Positions 29,752 to 39,400 of a DNA stretch of 49,094 bases are shown piece by piece (the stretch's first letter is position 1; every line of letters starts with the position of its first letter). Below the pieces are notes generated by a model. The model searched no databases, was not told the DNA's origin, and saw only the letters and a list, made by a program, of their open reading frames with translations. The stretch comes from an uncultured Melioribacter sp. (lineage in GTDB: Bacteria; Bacteroidota; Ignavibacteria; Ignavibacteriales; Melioribacteraceae): NCBI GenBank assembly GCA_964477915.1, contig CAYZGB010000003.1, positions 1 through 49,094 of the forward strand, given 5' to 3'. The position numbers and the translations under genes are program-made.

Positions 29752-29895
29752 TGTTATGCCTTAATTATGTGCGAATTTTTTTCGCTAAAACTCCTTTAAA
29801 ATATAATATAAATTATAAATCTTTTCAAGATAATATCTTACAAAAAATATTTAAAGTATTCATCTAAATTTTCAGCGTATCTTTTTGAAAAATAA

Positions 29896-32748
29896 TCAAA
29901 ACGGTGTCCATTGCAAACTAACACCAATTGCACGAGAACGATAACCGAGATAATATCTTTGCGATTGACGGAAAAATACAAAACCGCTTATGAACAAATT
30001 ATCGTAAGGTTTATATCCGGCATCTAATCTTGCATCCCAAATAAAATAAGTTGTTTTGGGTACATATCCAATTTTTCCACTAAACTTTAAATTCCATTGC
30101 TTGTCTTTATAAAAATTCCATTCTCCCCAAATAGAATGCGAAGAATAATCTTGCGGAGAGTAATAATATGTTGACGTAAATTGATAGTCAATATAATTGA
30201 ATTCGTAACCCAATATGTAATTTCCGCCAAAATGTCTTCCAATTCTAAACAAAAAATCGTTTCCCCAATTATTTCTGGTTAAAGAGCCGGGTAAGGCACG
30301 TAAAAATGCCCAATATCCACGCATTGTTAAATTCGTGGGGAAATTATAATATCCGCTTAACTTGTAAATTTGCGATGTAATTTTGTAAGGCACTAAATAT
30401 GGTGAGTATAGAATTTCAGCACCATCTCCTTGTTGGAAAAATCCACTAATGCTATATTTCCCGGAATCAGCATAAGTTGCAATTACTTCATATTCTCTTC
30501 TATTATAATAATCACCGAACATCCTTCCAATTCCACCGGTTATCCTCAACTTTTTTGTTGGAACAATGTGCAGATAAAACATCAATCGATGAAAATAATT
30601 ATTTATGTTTCCATCGGACAAAATTCCGTAACGATATCCGGCACCAACCGATATCCACCGAAAGAGTCCGGTATTAGCATCAACACCAATGTAACCGTAT
30701 GTAAAATCAAGTAAATCATTAAAATAGTAGATGTACGGATTTAGATATAAATAAGAAAATAAATCATACCAAAGCGATGAGAAAAATCCCGGACCACCTT
30801 CTCCAACACCAGGCGGAAGCCAACTCAATCTTTTTTCGATTGAATATTTGTCCCATAAACTGTCCGGGACTGAATCATAGGCTTTTCTTGCATTATCAAA
30901 TTCTTTCATTCTTAAATAAGAATCCCCAAGGAAAACTTTAACTTCGGCATTTGTCGAATCTTTTTGAGCTAATTTTTCAAATTCTTGTAGAGCCTCGGTG
31001 GAATCCCCGCCCCAAAAAAGACTTTTTGCTTTTAACAAACGAACCTGTTCGTTATCGTTTAAAGCAAGGGCTTTATCGTACGTCATTGCAGCGGAATCGT
31101 ATTTATTTAAGACCATATATGCGCTTGCCAACGAAAGCAATACAGGATAATCGTCCATATTTAATTCTTGCGGTTTAGAAAAATATTCGTTGTATTTTTC
31201 TACGGCTTCTTCAAAACGGCTTTGGTGATAAAGCGAATCCCCCTCGGCAGCTATTGTTAAATATTTTTCATACTCTTTCTTTAATCTCAAAAGTTCATAC
31301 ATATTACTTAATTCTTTTACATCGTCGTTATCAGGAGCAAGGCTTTCTCCAAGTTCCACATAATGCTGCAAAGAGTCCAAATTGTTTTGATTATAATAAT
31401 ATAGCCCCAAAGTTGTAATTGCAGTAACGTTTTTCGGATCTTCTTTTAAAACATCATATAAGTTTTCTTTCGGGGCTTCGCTTTCGTCCAAAGTCCATAC
31501 ACCTAACTGCCCTGCGAGTAATTTATAATCAAGCTTATTTCCCCCATTATCCAGAACATCTTTAATTATTTCATAGGCTTTATCAAAATCGCGTTGATAA
31601 GAATATACTTTTGCCAGCTCGTATTTTGCATTAAAATCATCGGGCATTAGTTTTAGATATTTTTCTAATAACCCTTTTGCTTTATCATATTCTTCCAAAT
31701 TCATATAATTTTTAGCTAAATCCAAAATTGCTTGTCTATCCGTAGAATCTTTTGCTACGGATTGTTCGGCAATTGCAATTTTTTGCTTGTAGTAATTATC
31801 CAATCTTTCTTTTAACTTTTTATACCTTTCGTCATCCGAATATTTTTCCGCAAGAATAGCAAGTTGATCTTTTGCTTCCTGATATCTTTTTTTATTTAAT
31901 AACTCACGTACAAGTTTAAAACGAATGTTGTCGTTTTCGGGATTCTTAGATAATTGACGATAATATTTATCAATTAAGTAAACTTTTTCGAAATCTCTCG
32001 GTTGATACTGAACCAAATAACCTTTTCTCATTGCCAATTCCAAACCATCTTCGGCTTCTTTAAAATAAGGTTTAAAACTTAACGCTGTTCGAAATGCATT
32101 TTCCGCAGTTTTATATTTACCAAGCCAAAGTGTAAAATATCCGTAACGGCTCCACAACCTCCAATCGTCAGGATAGCGTTCAACGTATTTTTTTAATATT
32201 TTTTCGCCTTTTTTTATATGCTTTGTTTTGGTAAGAATTATTGTATATCGGATAATTTCATCGGGTGAAGCATTCGGATCGCGTTTTAGATATTCGTCGT
32301 ACCACTTTTCCGCAAGGTCCCATTTTTCCATCCAACGATAACATTTACCAATTTCCAAATAATCAATTGCACTTTCGGGATTAATAGCCAACTCCCTTTT
32401 ATGCCCTTCTATTTTTGATTCAAGAATTTTATACCAAACTTTAATTGTTCTATTCAAATTCTTTTTATACTCCGGATTACCCGGGTCTAAAGCCACTGCA
32501 CGTCTAAAATCCAATACGGCATATTTATAAATTCCTTGTACCTCATAACACAATCCACGTAAATTATATCCATCTGCCTTTTGTGGATTTTGTGCTACAT
32601 ATTTATTTAGAACGTCAATTGCTTCTGCATATTTACCAATTTTCATTTGCCTAATGGCATAACGCTTCAATTGTTCGGCAGATCTTTGTCCAAAAGCAGT
32701 TAGTGAAAAAATTGAAATCAAAAGCAATATTTTGGCTAGTCGGTTCAT
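29896..32748 (-). CDS. Outer-membrane export protein: N-terminal TPR array plus C-terminal beta-barrel (BcsC/PgaA/PelB-like architecture)
   Basis: A signal peptide is followed by about 600 aa of TPR-type repeats. The last ~300 aa are rich in Y/G/F alternating strands and end ...GVSLQWTPF (aromatic terminal residue). Confidence 0.72.
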   Translation of the reverse strand: MNRLAKILLLISIFSLTAFGQRSAEQLKRYAIRQMKIGKYAEAIDVLNKYVAQNPQKADGYNLRGLCYEVQGIYKYAVLDFRRAVALDPGNPEYKKNLNRTIKVWYKILESKIEGHKRELAINPESAIDYLEIGKCYRWMEKWDLAEKWYDEYLKRDPNASPDEIIRYTIILTKTKHIKKGEKILKKYVERYPDDWRLWSRYGYFTLWLGKYKTAENAFRTALSFKPYFKEAEDGLELAMRKGYLVQYQPRDFEKVYLIDKYYRQLSKNPENDNIRFKLVRELLNKKRYQEAKDQLAILAEKYSDDERYKKLKERLDNYYKQKIAIAEQSVAKDSTDRQAILDLAKNYMNLEEYDKAKGLLEKYLKLMPDDFNAKYELAKVYSYQRDFDKAYEIIKDVLDNGGNKLDYKLLAGQLGVWTLDESEAPKENLYDVLKEDPKNVTAITTLGLYYYNQNNLDSLQHYVELGESLAPDNDDVKELSNMYELLRLKKEYEKYLTIAAEGDSLYHQSRFEEAVEKYNEYFSKPQELNMDDYPVLLSLASAYMVLNKYDSAAMTYDKALALNDNEQVRLLKAKSLFWGGDSTEALQEFEKLAQKDSTNAEVKVFLGDSYLRMKEFDNARKAYDSVPDSLWDKYSIEKRLSWLPPGVGEGGPGFFSSLWYDLFSYLYLNPYIYYFNDLLDFTYGYIGVDANTGLFRWISVGAGYRYGILSDGNINNYFHRLMFYLHIVPTKKLRITGGIGRMFGDYYNRREYEVIATYADSGKYSISGFFQQGDGAEILYSPYLVPYKITSQIYKLSGYYNFPTNLTMRGYWAFLRALPGSLTRNNWGNDFLFRIGRHFGGNYILGYEFNYIDYQFTSTYYYSPQDYSSHSIWGEWNFYKDKQWNLKFSGKIGYVPKTTYFIWDARLDAGYKPYDNLFISGFVFFRQSQRYYLGYRSRAIGVSLQWTPF

Positions 32749-34130
32749 TCTCCCAAAAAGTCAGTTATCGGGATATAAAGATTTTCAGTAGTAGTTGGCG
32801 AAGAAAGGTAATCTAAAATTGTTTCTGCACGGTCTAAATTTTCATCAACTTCATAATTAAAAAGCTTTACAAGATCTTTTGCTTCTTCTTTTGTAAAACC
32901 AAGATTTAGAATATTTGTATAAACATTTCTAACTATTTCAAAAATTCGTTCGTCTGTACTACGAGGAACAAGCACCATTGTTAAATCACCGATATAGCAA
33001 ATTTTCTCGCGTCTTTGAGTAGAGGCAACAATAATTCCTTTTATGTCGTCTAAGTTTACTCCTTTGGTTTCGAGCAAAGCGATGGAAACCGCAAACGAAA
33101 TAATATTAAATTTATCCGAAGTACTTCTAAATAATACAATTTGATTATTAATAATTAACGAAAAATCATTGTAGTTGTAAACGTTCGAAGCATTAACATT
33201 TACTACGCGAGTTGGAGTTTCCGTTTTTCTTGCTACTTCATTATTAATTTTTTCTGTTTCAATTCCACTTTCCGCATCAGTTCCGTAAACAGGATTTTCG
33301 TTAATCTCGTGTAAATTCCTTGCATAAAGTTCGTCGGCTTCTTCATCATAAACTCTTGAAATTTTTTCGGCTTCTCTTTCACGAACATCTGTAACAGAAA
33401 GATTTATTTCATTCTCCTCACCTAAGTTTACAACTACACCTTTGTATGGCAAAATTTTATATTGCTCCGAAAATTGTCCTTCCGTATGTCCAATATTTGG
33501 TGTGATAATAACCGTACCGCCGTAAAATTTTTTATCAATCTTACGAGCATCTTTTTTCAAATAAACCACACCGGTTACCAAACTAACTACCAAATCAACA
33601 ATTTCATTTGCTCTTCTTGTAGCCGGTTCGGCAATTACAAAGAGACTTGTAATGTCTCTATTTTCAATTTCTTCAAGTAAATGTAAAAAAGATTTTTTAA
33701 GGGTTGCCAAATCGCGAAAACCAACATAAGGTGTTAATTCATCGAAAACAATTCTTTGAGGATTGTATTGTTTACTAACACTAATTATATCATTTAAGTA
33801 TTCAATTAAAAGTTCATCGTTAACATTCGAACTATATATTTCTTCAGGACTTGCTACACGCACTACGATAATTAAATTTTTATCCATATATTTTTGAATA
33901 TCAAAATTTAGTGATGCGGCTTGAATCATCAAGTCTTTGGGACGCATATTTGTAAAATAAACACAAACTTCCCCTTCTTCAGCGGAAGCCTTGGCAAACT
34001 GTAATCCAAGTAATGTTCTTCCCGATTTTCTAGCACCAATTACAAGGTAACTTCCACCTTCGTAAACACCACCCCATTTTTTATCTATTAAATTAAATCC
34101 AGATTTATGTAACCTTATTGGTAAACTCAT
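32745..34130 (-). CDS. KaiC/RecA-like P-loop protein with Walker A Lys->Arg, fused to a C-terminal domain that loosely resembles a degenerate GGDEF domain
   Basis: LIDKKWGGVYEGGSYLVIGARKSGRTLLGLQFA (GxxxxGRT instead of GK[ST]) and Walker B-like RIVFDELTP. The C-terminal ...REKICYIGDLTMVLVPRS is aligned by eye to R-x-GGDEF-x-ll. Its stop overlaps the next gene by 4 nt. Confidence 0.6.
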   Translation of the reverse strand: MSLPIRLHKSGFNLIDKKWGGVYEGGSYLVIGARKSGRTLLGLQFAKASAEEGEVCVYFTNMRPKDLMIQAASLNFDIQKYMDKNLIIVVRVASPEEIYSSNVNDELLIEYLNDIISVSKQYNPQRIVFDELTPYVGFRDLATLKKSFLHLLEEIENRDITSLFVIAEPATRRANEIVDLVVSLVTGVVYLKKDARKIDKKFYGGTVIITPNIGHTEGQFSEQYKILPYKGVVVNLGEENEINLSVTDVREREAEKISRVYDEEADELYARNLHEINENPVYGTDAESGIETEKINNEVARKTETPTRVVNVNASNVYNYNDFSLIINNQIVLFRSTSDKFNIISFAVSIALLETKGVNLDDIKGIIVASTQRREKICYIGDLTMVLVPRSTDERIFEIVRNVYTNILNLGFTKEEAKDLVKLFNYEVDENLDRAETILDYLSSPTTTENLYIPITDFLGE

Positions 34131-34264
34131 AATTTTTATTCCTAAATTTTCTCGTTAAATCCCAATTATCATACCAAAAATTTTTGCGTTTTTTTTTCAT
34201 TTTGACACAAAAAATAAAATATATTTTGTCCGAAATACCAAATTGTATTAAAATGAGACAATAA

Positions 34265-35908
34265 TTATCTCAAATTTCCAAACACGAATACAGCAGTGGC
34301 ATTAGCGGAAATTGTCGGTTCATTGCAAACATAATCATTTCTGTCATCTCTGTAATACGCATCGTCCGTTTGAAAAGCAGAAAATTTATCTTTTGTTTCG
34401 TAATTAATATTTAAATCACCATAAATTTTCTTCATAACGGGACCACCTGTTAATCCACCAGGTAATTTTCCTTTGTTAAAATATGCAACCTGATGATGAA
34501 AATGCTTTGTGTAATTTGCACCTTTGCCATAAATAAAACTAATTCCCCAAGGATTTCTACCTAAAATGTAGTCGCGGTTAATAAACTCAATTTTATCAAA
34601 CGTGTTATCATTTGTAAATTTTTTATATAAAATATTCGTTAATGCTACTCCGAGTAAATTCATATTACTACCCCAATATAAGTCAACGCCCTCACCAAAA
34701 ACTTTACTTTCGGAATGTTTTTTAAATTTTATTAATGATTTTTGAAGAAATTCAATAAAAGCCTTATCATATTTGGCAATTTTGTAATCCGCAATATTTG
34801 CAACATTTCCCCAGCCCCACCAAGCCTCCGTACCGGCTTTTCTTGCAAAATTTTCCGAATCTTGCAGATATTTTTCATTTCCGGTTAATTCATACAATTC
34901 AATTGCAGCAAGCGAAAGTTTTCCGTTAAATTTCGTATCCCTGTAAAAACCGGTTCCGGTTGTATCCAAATCGTCGCTTTCGTTAATCAGTTCGTAAAAG
35001 CCAATTGCAGTATTTTTAAGCTTTTCGGCAAATTCCGAGTAATGAATTTTATTTTCCCAAATTTTTGAGCCAAGTGCCAATGCAGCTACATAAATACCAA
35101 TTAGATTTTTGCCAATACCTATAAAACCGGGTCTATCAAATTGTAGCGGGTCGTTTTCTGGTAATCGCCAGCCGACTTTCTGATCTTTTTCATTCTGGAC
35201 TTGCGTTACTAATTTTCTGTTTTTATAATTGGCACGTAATAACCAATCAAGTCCAATTTTTGCTTCCTCAAGAATATCCGGCACTTGATTTTTATTCAAA
35301 TCGAATGAAAATTTTTCAGGAGCAAAATCATAAGAAAAAAGTAGTAAATATGTGGAAAATGCAATTGTGTTCAAAAACTTAGTGTAATCGCCCGCATCGT
35401 GCCAACCTCCGGTTACATCAAAAATTTCGTGTCTTTCCTTGCCATTTTCTATAATTGAAGTAACATCGGAAATATGACATTTTTTATGCAAATAAGGATG
35501 AGTGGGACCGCATCTTTGAACTTCAAAAAATTTCAGTAAATATGAAGCAAAACCCGAATAAACATTATCGGAAATTTCAAATTGAGGAGATTTTGAATCA
35601 GCTATTAATAATGCAAATCGCCCTTTATTTTTGAAATCGCTAAAATCAATTTCGTATGAATAAGGAAATGAAGCATATTTTCCTTTTGAATTTCTAATGA
35701 AATCGGAAAAAACTTTTACATTAACTTTATCAACTAAATAAAACCTCCGACCGGTTAAATTAATATTACTGAGAACTATTGCAGATTTAACATCATCGGT
35801 ATTGAATCCTACTTGATTTACGCGAATATAAATTTTAGGATTTCCGTTACTTTGAGCTGTTGAACAACCGGAAAATATTAACAATAAAACGAATAAAATC
35901 CGCTTCAT
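34265..35908 (-). CDS. Glycoside hydrolase family 9 endoglucanase lipoprotein (CelD_N Ig-like domain plus GH9 catalytic domain)
   Basis: Lipobox LIFSGC, Ig-like N-terminus IYIRVNQVGFN, GH9 signature DVTGGWHDAGDYTKF, and C-terminal YRDDRNDYVCNEPTISANA. Confidence 0.88.
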   Translation of the reverse strand: MKRILFVLLLIFSGCSTAQSNGNPKIYIRVNQVGFNTDDVKSAIVLSNINLTGRRFYLVDKVNVKVFSDFIRNSKGKYASFPYSYEIDFSDFKNKGRFALLIADSKSPQFEISDNVYSGFASYLLKFFEVQRCGPTHPYLHKKCHISDVTSIIENGKERHEIFDVTGGWHDAGDYTKFLNTIAFSTYLLLFSYDFAPEKFSFDLNKNQVPDILEEAKIGLDWLLRANYKNRKLVTQVQNEKDQKVGWRLPENDPLQFDRPGFIGIGKNLIGIYVAALALGSKIWENKIHYSEFAEKLKNTAIGFYELINESDDLDTTGTGFYRDTKFNGKLSLAAIELYELTGNEKYLQDSENFARKAGTEAWWGWGNVANIADYKIAKYDKAFIEFLQKSLIKFKKHSESKVFGEGVDLYWGSNMNLLGVALTNILYKKFTNDNTFDKIEFINRDYILGRNPWGISFIYGKGANYTKHFHHQVAYFNKGKLPGGLTGGPVMKKIYGDLNINYETKDKFSAFQTDDAYYRDDRNDYVCNEPTISANATAVFVFGNLR

Positions 35909-36031
35909 TTTTACCTCATATAAAAAAAACTTAAAATTTGATAGTAAGTAAAAAAATATTAAATTTCAATTCCAAAACGAAACCTTTTTAGCACTCTTGA
36001 ATCTAATCTGCTAAAAAAATCGGAGAACTTA

Positions 36032-36286
36032 ATGGAACAAAAAAAGCAACCTAAAGTTATTATTTTTACTACGCCTACTTGCCGATTTTGCAACGCTGCA
36101 AAAAGATATTTTAGAGAAAAGAAAATTAAATTTACAGATGTTGATGTTTCTCGCGATATGAGAGCTGCTCGCGATATGCAAAGAAGAACCGGACAAACCG
36201 GTGTTCCTGTAATTTTAATCAATAACCGTCCTATCGTTGGATTTGACAAACCTAAAATAAACAAACTTTTGGGAATTAGAGGATAA
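36032..36286 (+). CDS. Glutaredoxin-like protein (YruB/NrdH-like small thiol-disulfide oxidoreductase)
   Basis: 84 aa with VIIFTTPTCRFCNAAKRYF (CxxC) and GVPVILINNRPIVGFD. Confidence 0.85.
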   Translation: MEQKKQPKVIIFTTPTCRFCNAAKRYFREKKIKFTDVDVSRDMRAARDMQRRTGQTGVPVILINNRPIVGFDKPKINKLLGIRG

Positions 36287-36293
36287 CAAAAAA

Positions 36294-36317
36294 GGCTGCC
36301 CTAAGCAGCCTTTTTTA
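36294..36317 (+). terminator. Rho-independent terminator after the glutaredoxin-like gene
   Basis: ggctgc-cctaa-gcagcc followed by tttttt. Confidence 0.65.
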
Positions 36318-36325
36318 TTCAAAAT

Positions 36326-36418
36326 TTATCTTAAAATAAATGTTTGGCAAGCTAATAATGCGGAAATAGTTACCAGTAAAAAGAATGTAACGAAAATAAA
36401 TCTACCTAATCTGGACAT
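36326..36418 (-). CDS. Candidate 30-aa hydrophobic small protein (below the ORF-track cutoff)
   Basis: AAAGGTGG, then 5 nt, then ATG. The translation is MSRLGRFIFVTFFLLVTISALLACQTFILR*. It lies between two terminator-like hairpins. Confidence 0.3.
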   Translation of the reverse strand: MSRLGRFIFVTFFLLVTISALLACQTFILR

Positions 36419-36455
36419 TTTTTCCACCTTTCATTTTATTTGAAAGAACATATAA

Positions 36456-36473
36456 GCGTCCATTTATGGACGC
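36456..36473 (-). terminator. Hairpin downstream of the T9SS cargo gene (weak terminator)
   Basis: gcgtcca-taaa-tggacgc on the minus strand, with only a modest T-rich tail. Confidence 0.4.
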
Positions 36474-36493
36474 CTTAAAAATTAAATTGATAA

Positions 36494-39400
36494 TTATTTT
36501 AACAACATCAATTTTTTAACCGATACGAAGTTCCCAGCGGAAATTCGATAGAAATAAATACCGGAAGAAACTTTCTTACCGTTATTATCCGTTGCATTCC
36601 AAACAACGCTATAATATCCGGCAGATAAATCACTCGAAACAAGTGTTTTTATTTCTTTACCAGTAATATCATAAATCTTTAATGTTACAAAAGATTGTTC
36701 CGGTAATTGGAATTTAATCGTTGTTGTCGGGTTAAACGGGTTCGGGTAATTTTGCGAGAGTTCAAATTTCGCTGGAATTTGTGAGCCGTTATTAACAGCA
36801 GTTGGAGTATAAGTTGTAAATTTACCGACCGGCGAATAATATGATTCACCATTTTGATTAACCGATTTTACTCGCCAGAAATATTTTTGATTTTCTTGAA
36901 GTCCGTTAATCTGAACAAAAGGCTCGGAAATATTATCTATTTCGATAGGATTTGTGAAATCCTGAGTTGTTGAATATTCAATAACATAATTTAATGTTGA
37001 CTCCGATTGAGCAGGTAAAACCCAACTTACAATCGGAGATGTTACAGTAATATTAACATTGTTAGGACTTCCAGGTAAAGGTGTAACTGGATTTGAACCC
37101 GGATTTACCGTAAAATGATAAGTTGAAGAATAGTTGGAATAAGTACTTCCTCCATAAAACGATCTAACTTTCCAGTAGTAAGTTGCACCAGGTGTTAAAC
37201 CGGTTAAAGAAAGTGAATTAGATGTAGAAGTAGTTGTAGTTGTTACGGAAGGATCAAATACATCGGATGTACTGTAAGTAATTTCATAATTCTGAATACC
37301 AGTTGTTGAACCATTTACATACCAGTACAAAGTTACATTGTCATCGTAAATCACCGAACCATCATCGGGAGCAGAAAGTATTGGAACACCGGCTGTTGAA
37401 GGACCAACAACAGTGAAAGAACCTTCCGACCAAGCAGAGTAATTACTTCCGTCGTAGGAAGCAACTGCCCAGTAATAAGTTGAACCGTAAGTTAAGCTTG
37501 TTGTAAATGTATAATATGTTGTATTCAAATTCGTAATATCGGCACTTCCATCGTAATCGGTAAGCCAATCGGTTGAATTGCTACCTTCTTTCCAACGAAC
37601 TACATATTTAGTTAATCCAAGTGAAGAACCTTCAAGATACCAGTATAAGGTAGGCTGATTTGTGTAAACTACCGGATTTCCGGTTGGATAAGTAACAACA
37701 GGATAACCATTCGAAACGCCGCCGGCAATTGTAAATGTACCAACCGGATTTGACCATGCGGATTGGCTTGAACCGTTATTTGAGCGAACTCTCCAATAAT
37801 ATGTTGTTCCAGCTGTTAAACCGGAAGCGTGAATGTAGGTTACATTCGTTGTTGTTGAACCGGTGTAATCCGGTGAAGCAAAAGTATTATCATCATCAAC
37901 CTGAATATCATAAGTTAAACCTATTCCCGAATCATTAATATACCAATATAAATATGGAGAAGTTGTGTAAATTGTTACGCCTCCGGTAGGATATGAAACA
38001 ATCGGAACTACCAACGTTCCGCTTCCGTGAGTGCTAAATGATTCTACACTTGACCAATCTCCAAATTCCGAGGTAGCCGCATAATATGGACGGACTTCCC
38101 AATAATATGTTGTTCCAGGAGTTAAACCTGAGAGCGTATGATACATTGCACTTGTTGCAGTTGCTATGTTTGCATCCGTCGGTTCGCTTACAGCACTTGC
38201 ATCGTTTAATTCACCATTTGCATCTACACTATTGCTTGTTGCATAACGAACTTGATAAGTTACACCGGTTGCATATTGATCAACATACCAATATAGAGTT
38301 GGTGAATTTGTATAAACGGTAGCCCCGCCAATAGGATATGACGGAAAAACCGTAACAGTTGCACCACCGGCAGTATCAAAATAATAAGTAGATGAGTAAT
38401 CAACAACTTCGTTTGAGGCATTAAGAACAATTACTCGCCAGTAATATCTTTTTCCGCCGTTGACACTTAATGAATAATAAGTATTTGTAGTAGTTACGGA
38501 AGTTGCAGATGCCCATTCCGAAGTTGTTGGCGGAGTATTATCACTCTGATCGGTTTCTTGATACTGAAGTTTATATTGTAACGTTCCGGTAGATTGATTA
38601 ATTATCCAACCAAGTTGTACTGTTGTTAAATAAACAGTTGCACCATTATCAGGATTTGTAAGAGTTGGAGTTACATCCGGGAATGTAGTAAAATGATAAG
38701 TTGAACTATAATACTCATTTCCGGCATTATCAACCGAAGCAACTCGCCAGTAATAGATTGTACCATTGCTTAACGGGAAATTATTATCTGCTTCTGTAAA
38801 TGCTTTGCTTAAATTTGTTCCTTCATCTTCTTCGAAAATTGGTGTTGCAAAATCACTTGCATCATCAACATAAATTTTGTAGGAAACAGCACCGGTTACA
38901 GCTTGCCAAGTCATTGTAGGTTCAATAGCAACTCCGGTCAAACCATTTACAGGAGCAGTTAACGTCGGTCCCGGAATTGTTAAAGTAAAACTTCCAGTTG
39001 TACTTACCTTGGACTCTCCATTATTTGGAGCTGTCGCATCATTTACTGTTGCAGTAACCTTCCAATAATAAACACCGGCAGAAGGAAGTGAAATTGATGT
39101 TGTTAATACTCCAGATACTGTGGAATTACCAACTACATTATTAAAAGCATTATCAGTTGCAACAACAACATCAAAATCCACATTGGAATAGTTTCCCGCC
39201 ATACTCCAGTTAAAGGTTGTTGTAGAAGAATAACTACCACTTGGATCAATTAATGAGGGAGTAGCAAGTTCCGTAGTGAAAGAGTAACTGTGCCAAGAAC
39301 CATCCGTCCCTGCTCCGTCTGTATCAGTATCTTTCACACGCCAATAATAAGTAGTATTATTAACAACAGTAACAGAAAGAGAAGTTGCGGAAGTACCGGA

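Noticed and set aside
20952-35908. Calling cluster A a canonical pgaABCD or bcsABZC operon
   Set aside because: The synthase lacks PilZ, so it is not BcsA. There is no BcsB-like gene. The glycanase is GH9 rather than GH8. The CE4-like protein lacks the PgaB motifs and lipoprotein layout. I therefore kept it as a novel combination rather than assigning gene names.
35959-36264. 101-aa minus-strand ORF
   Set aside because: It fully overlaps the glutaredoxin-like gene on the opposite strand. That gene has a clear CxxC motif, a family match and its own terminator, so the antisense ORF is a shadow frame.
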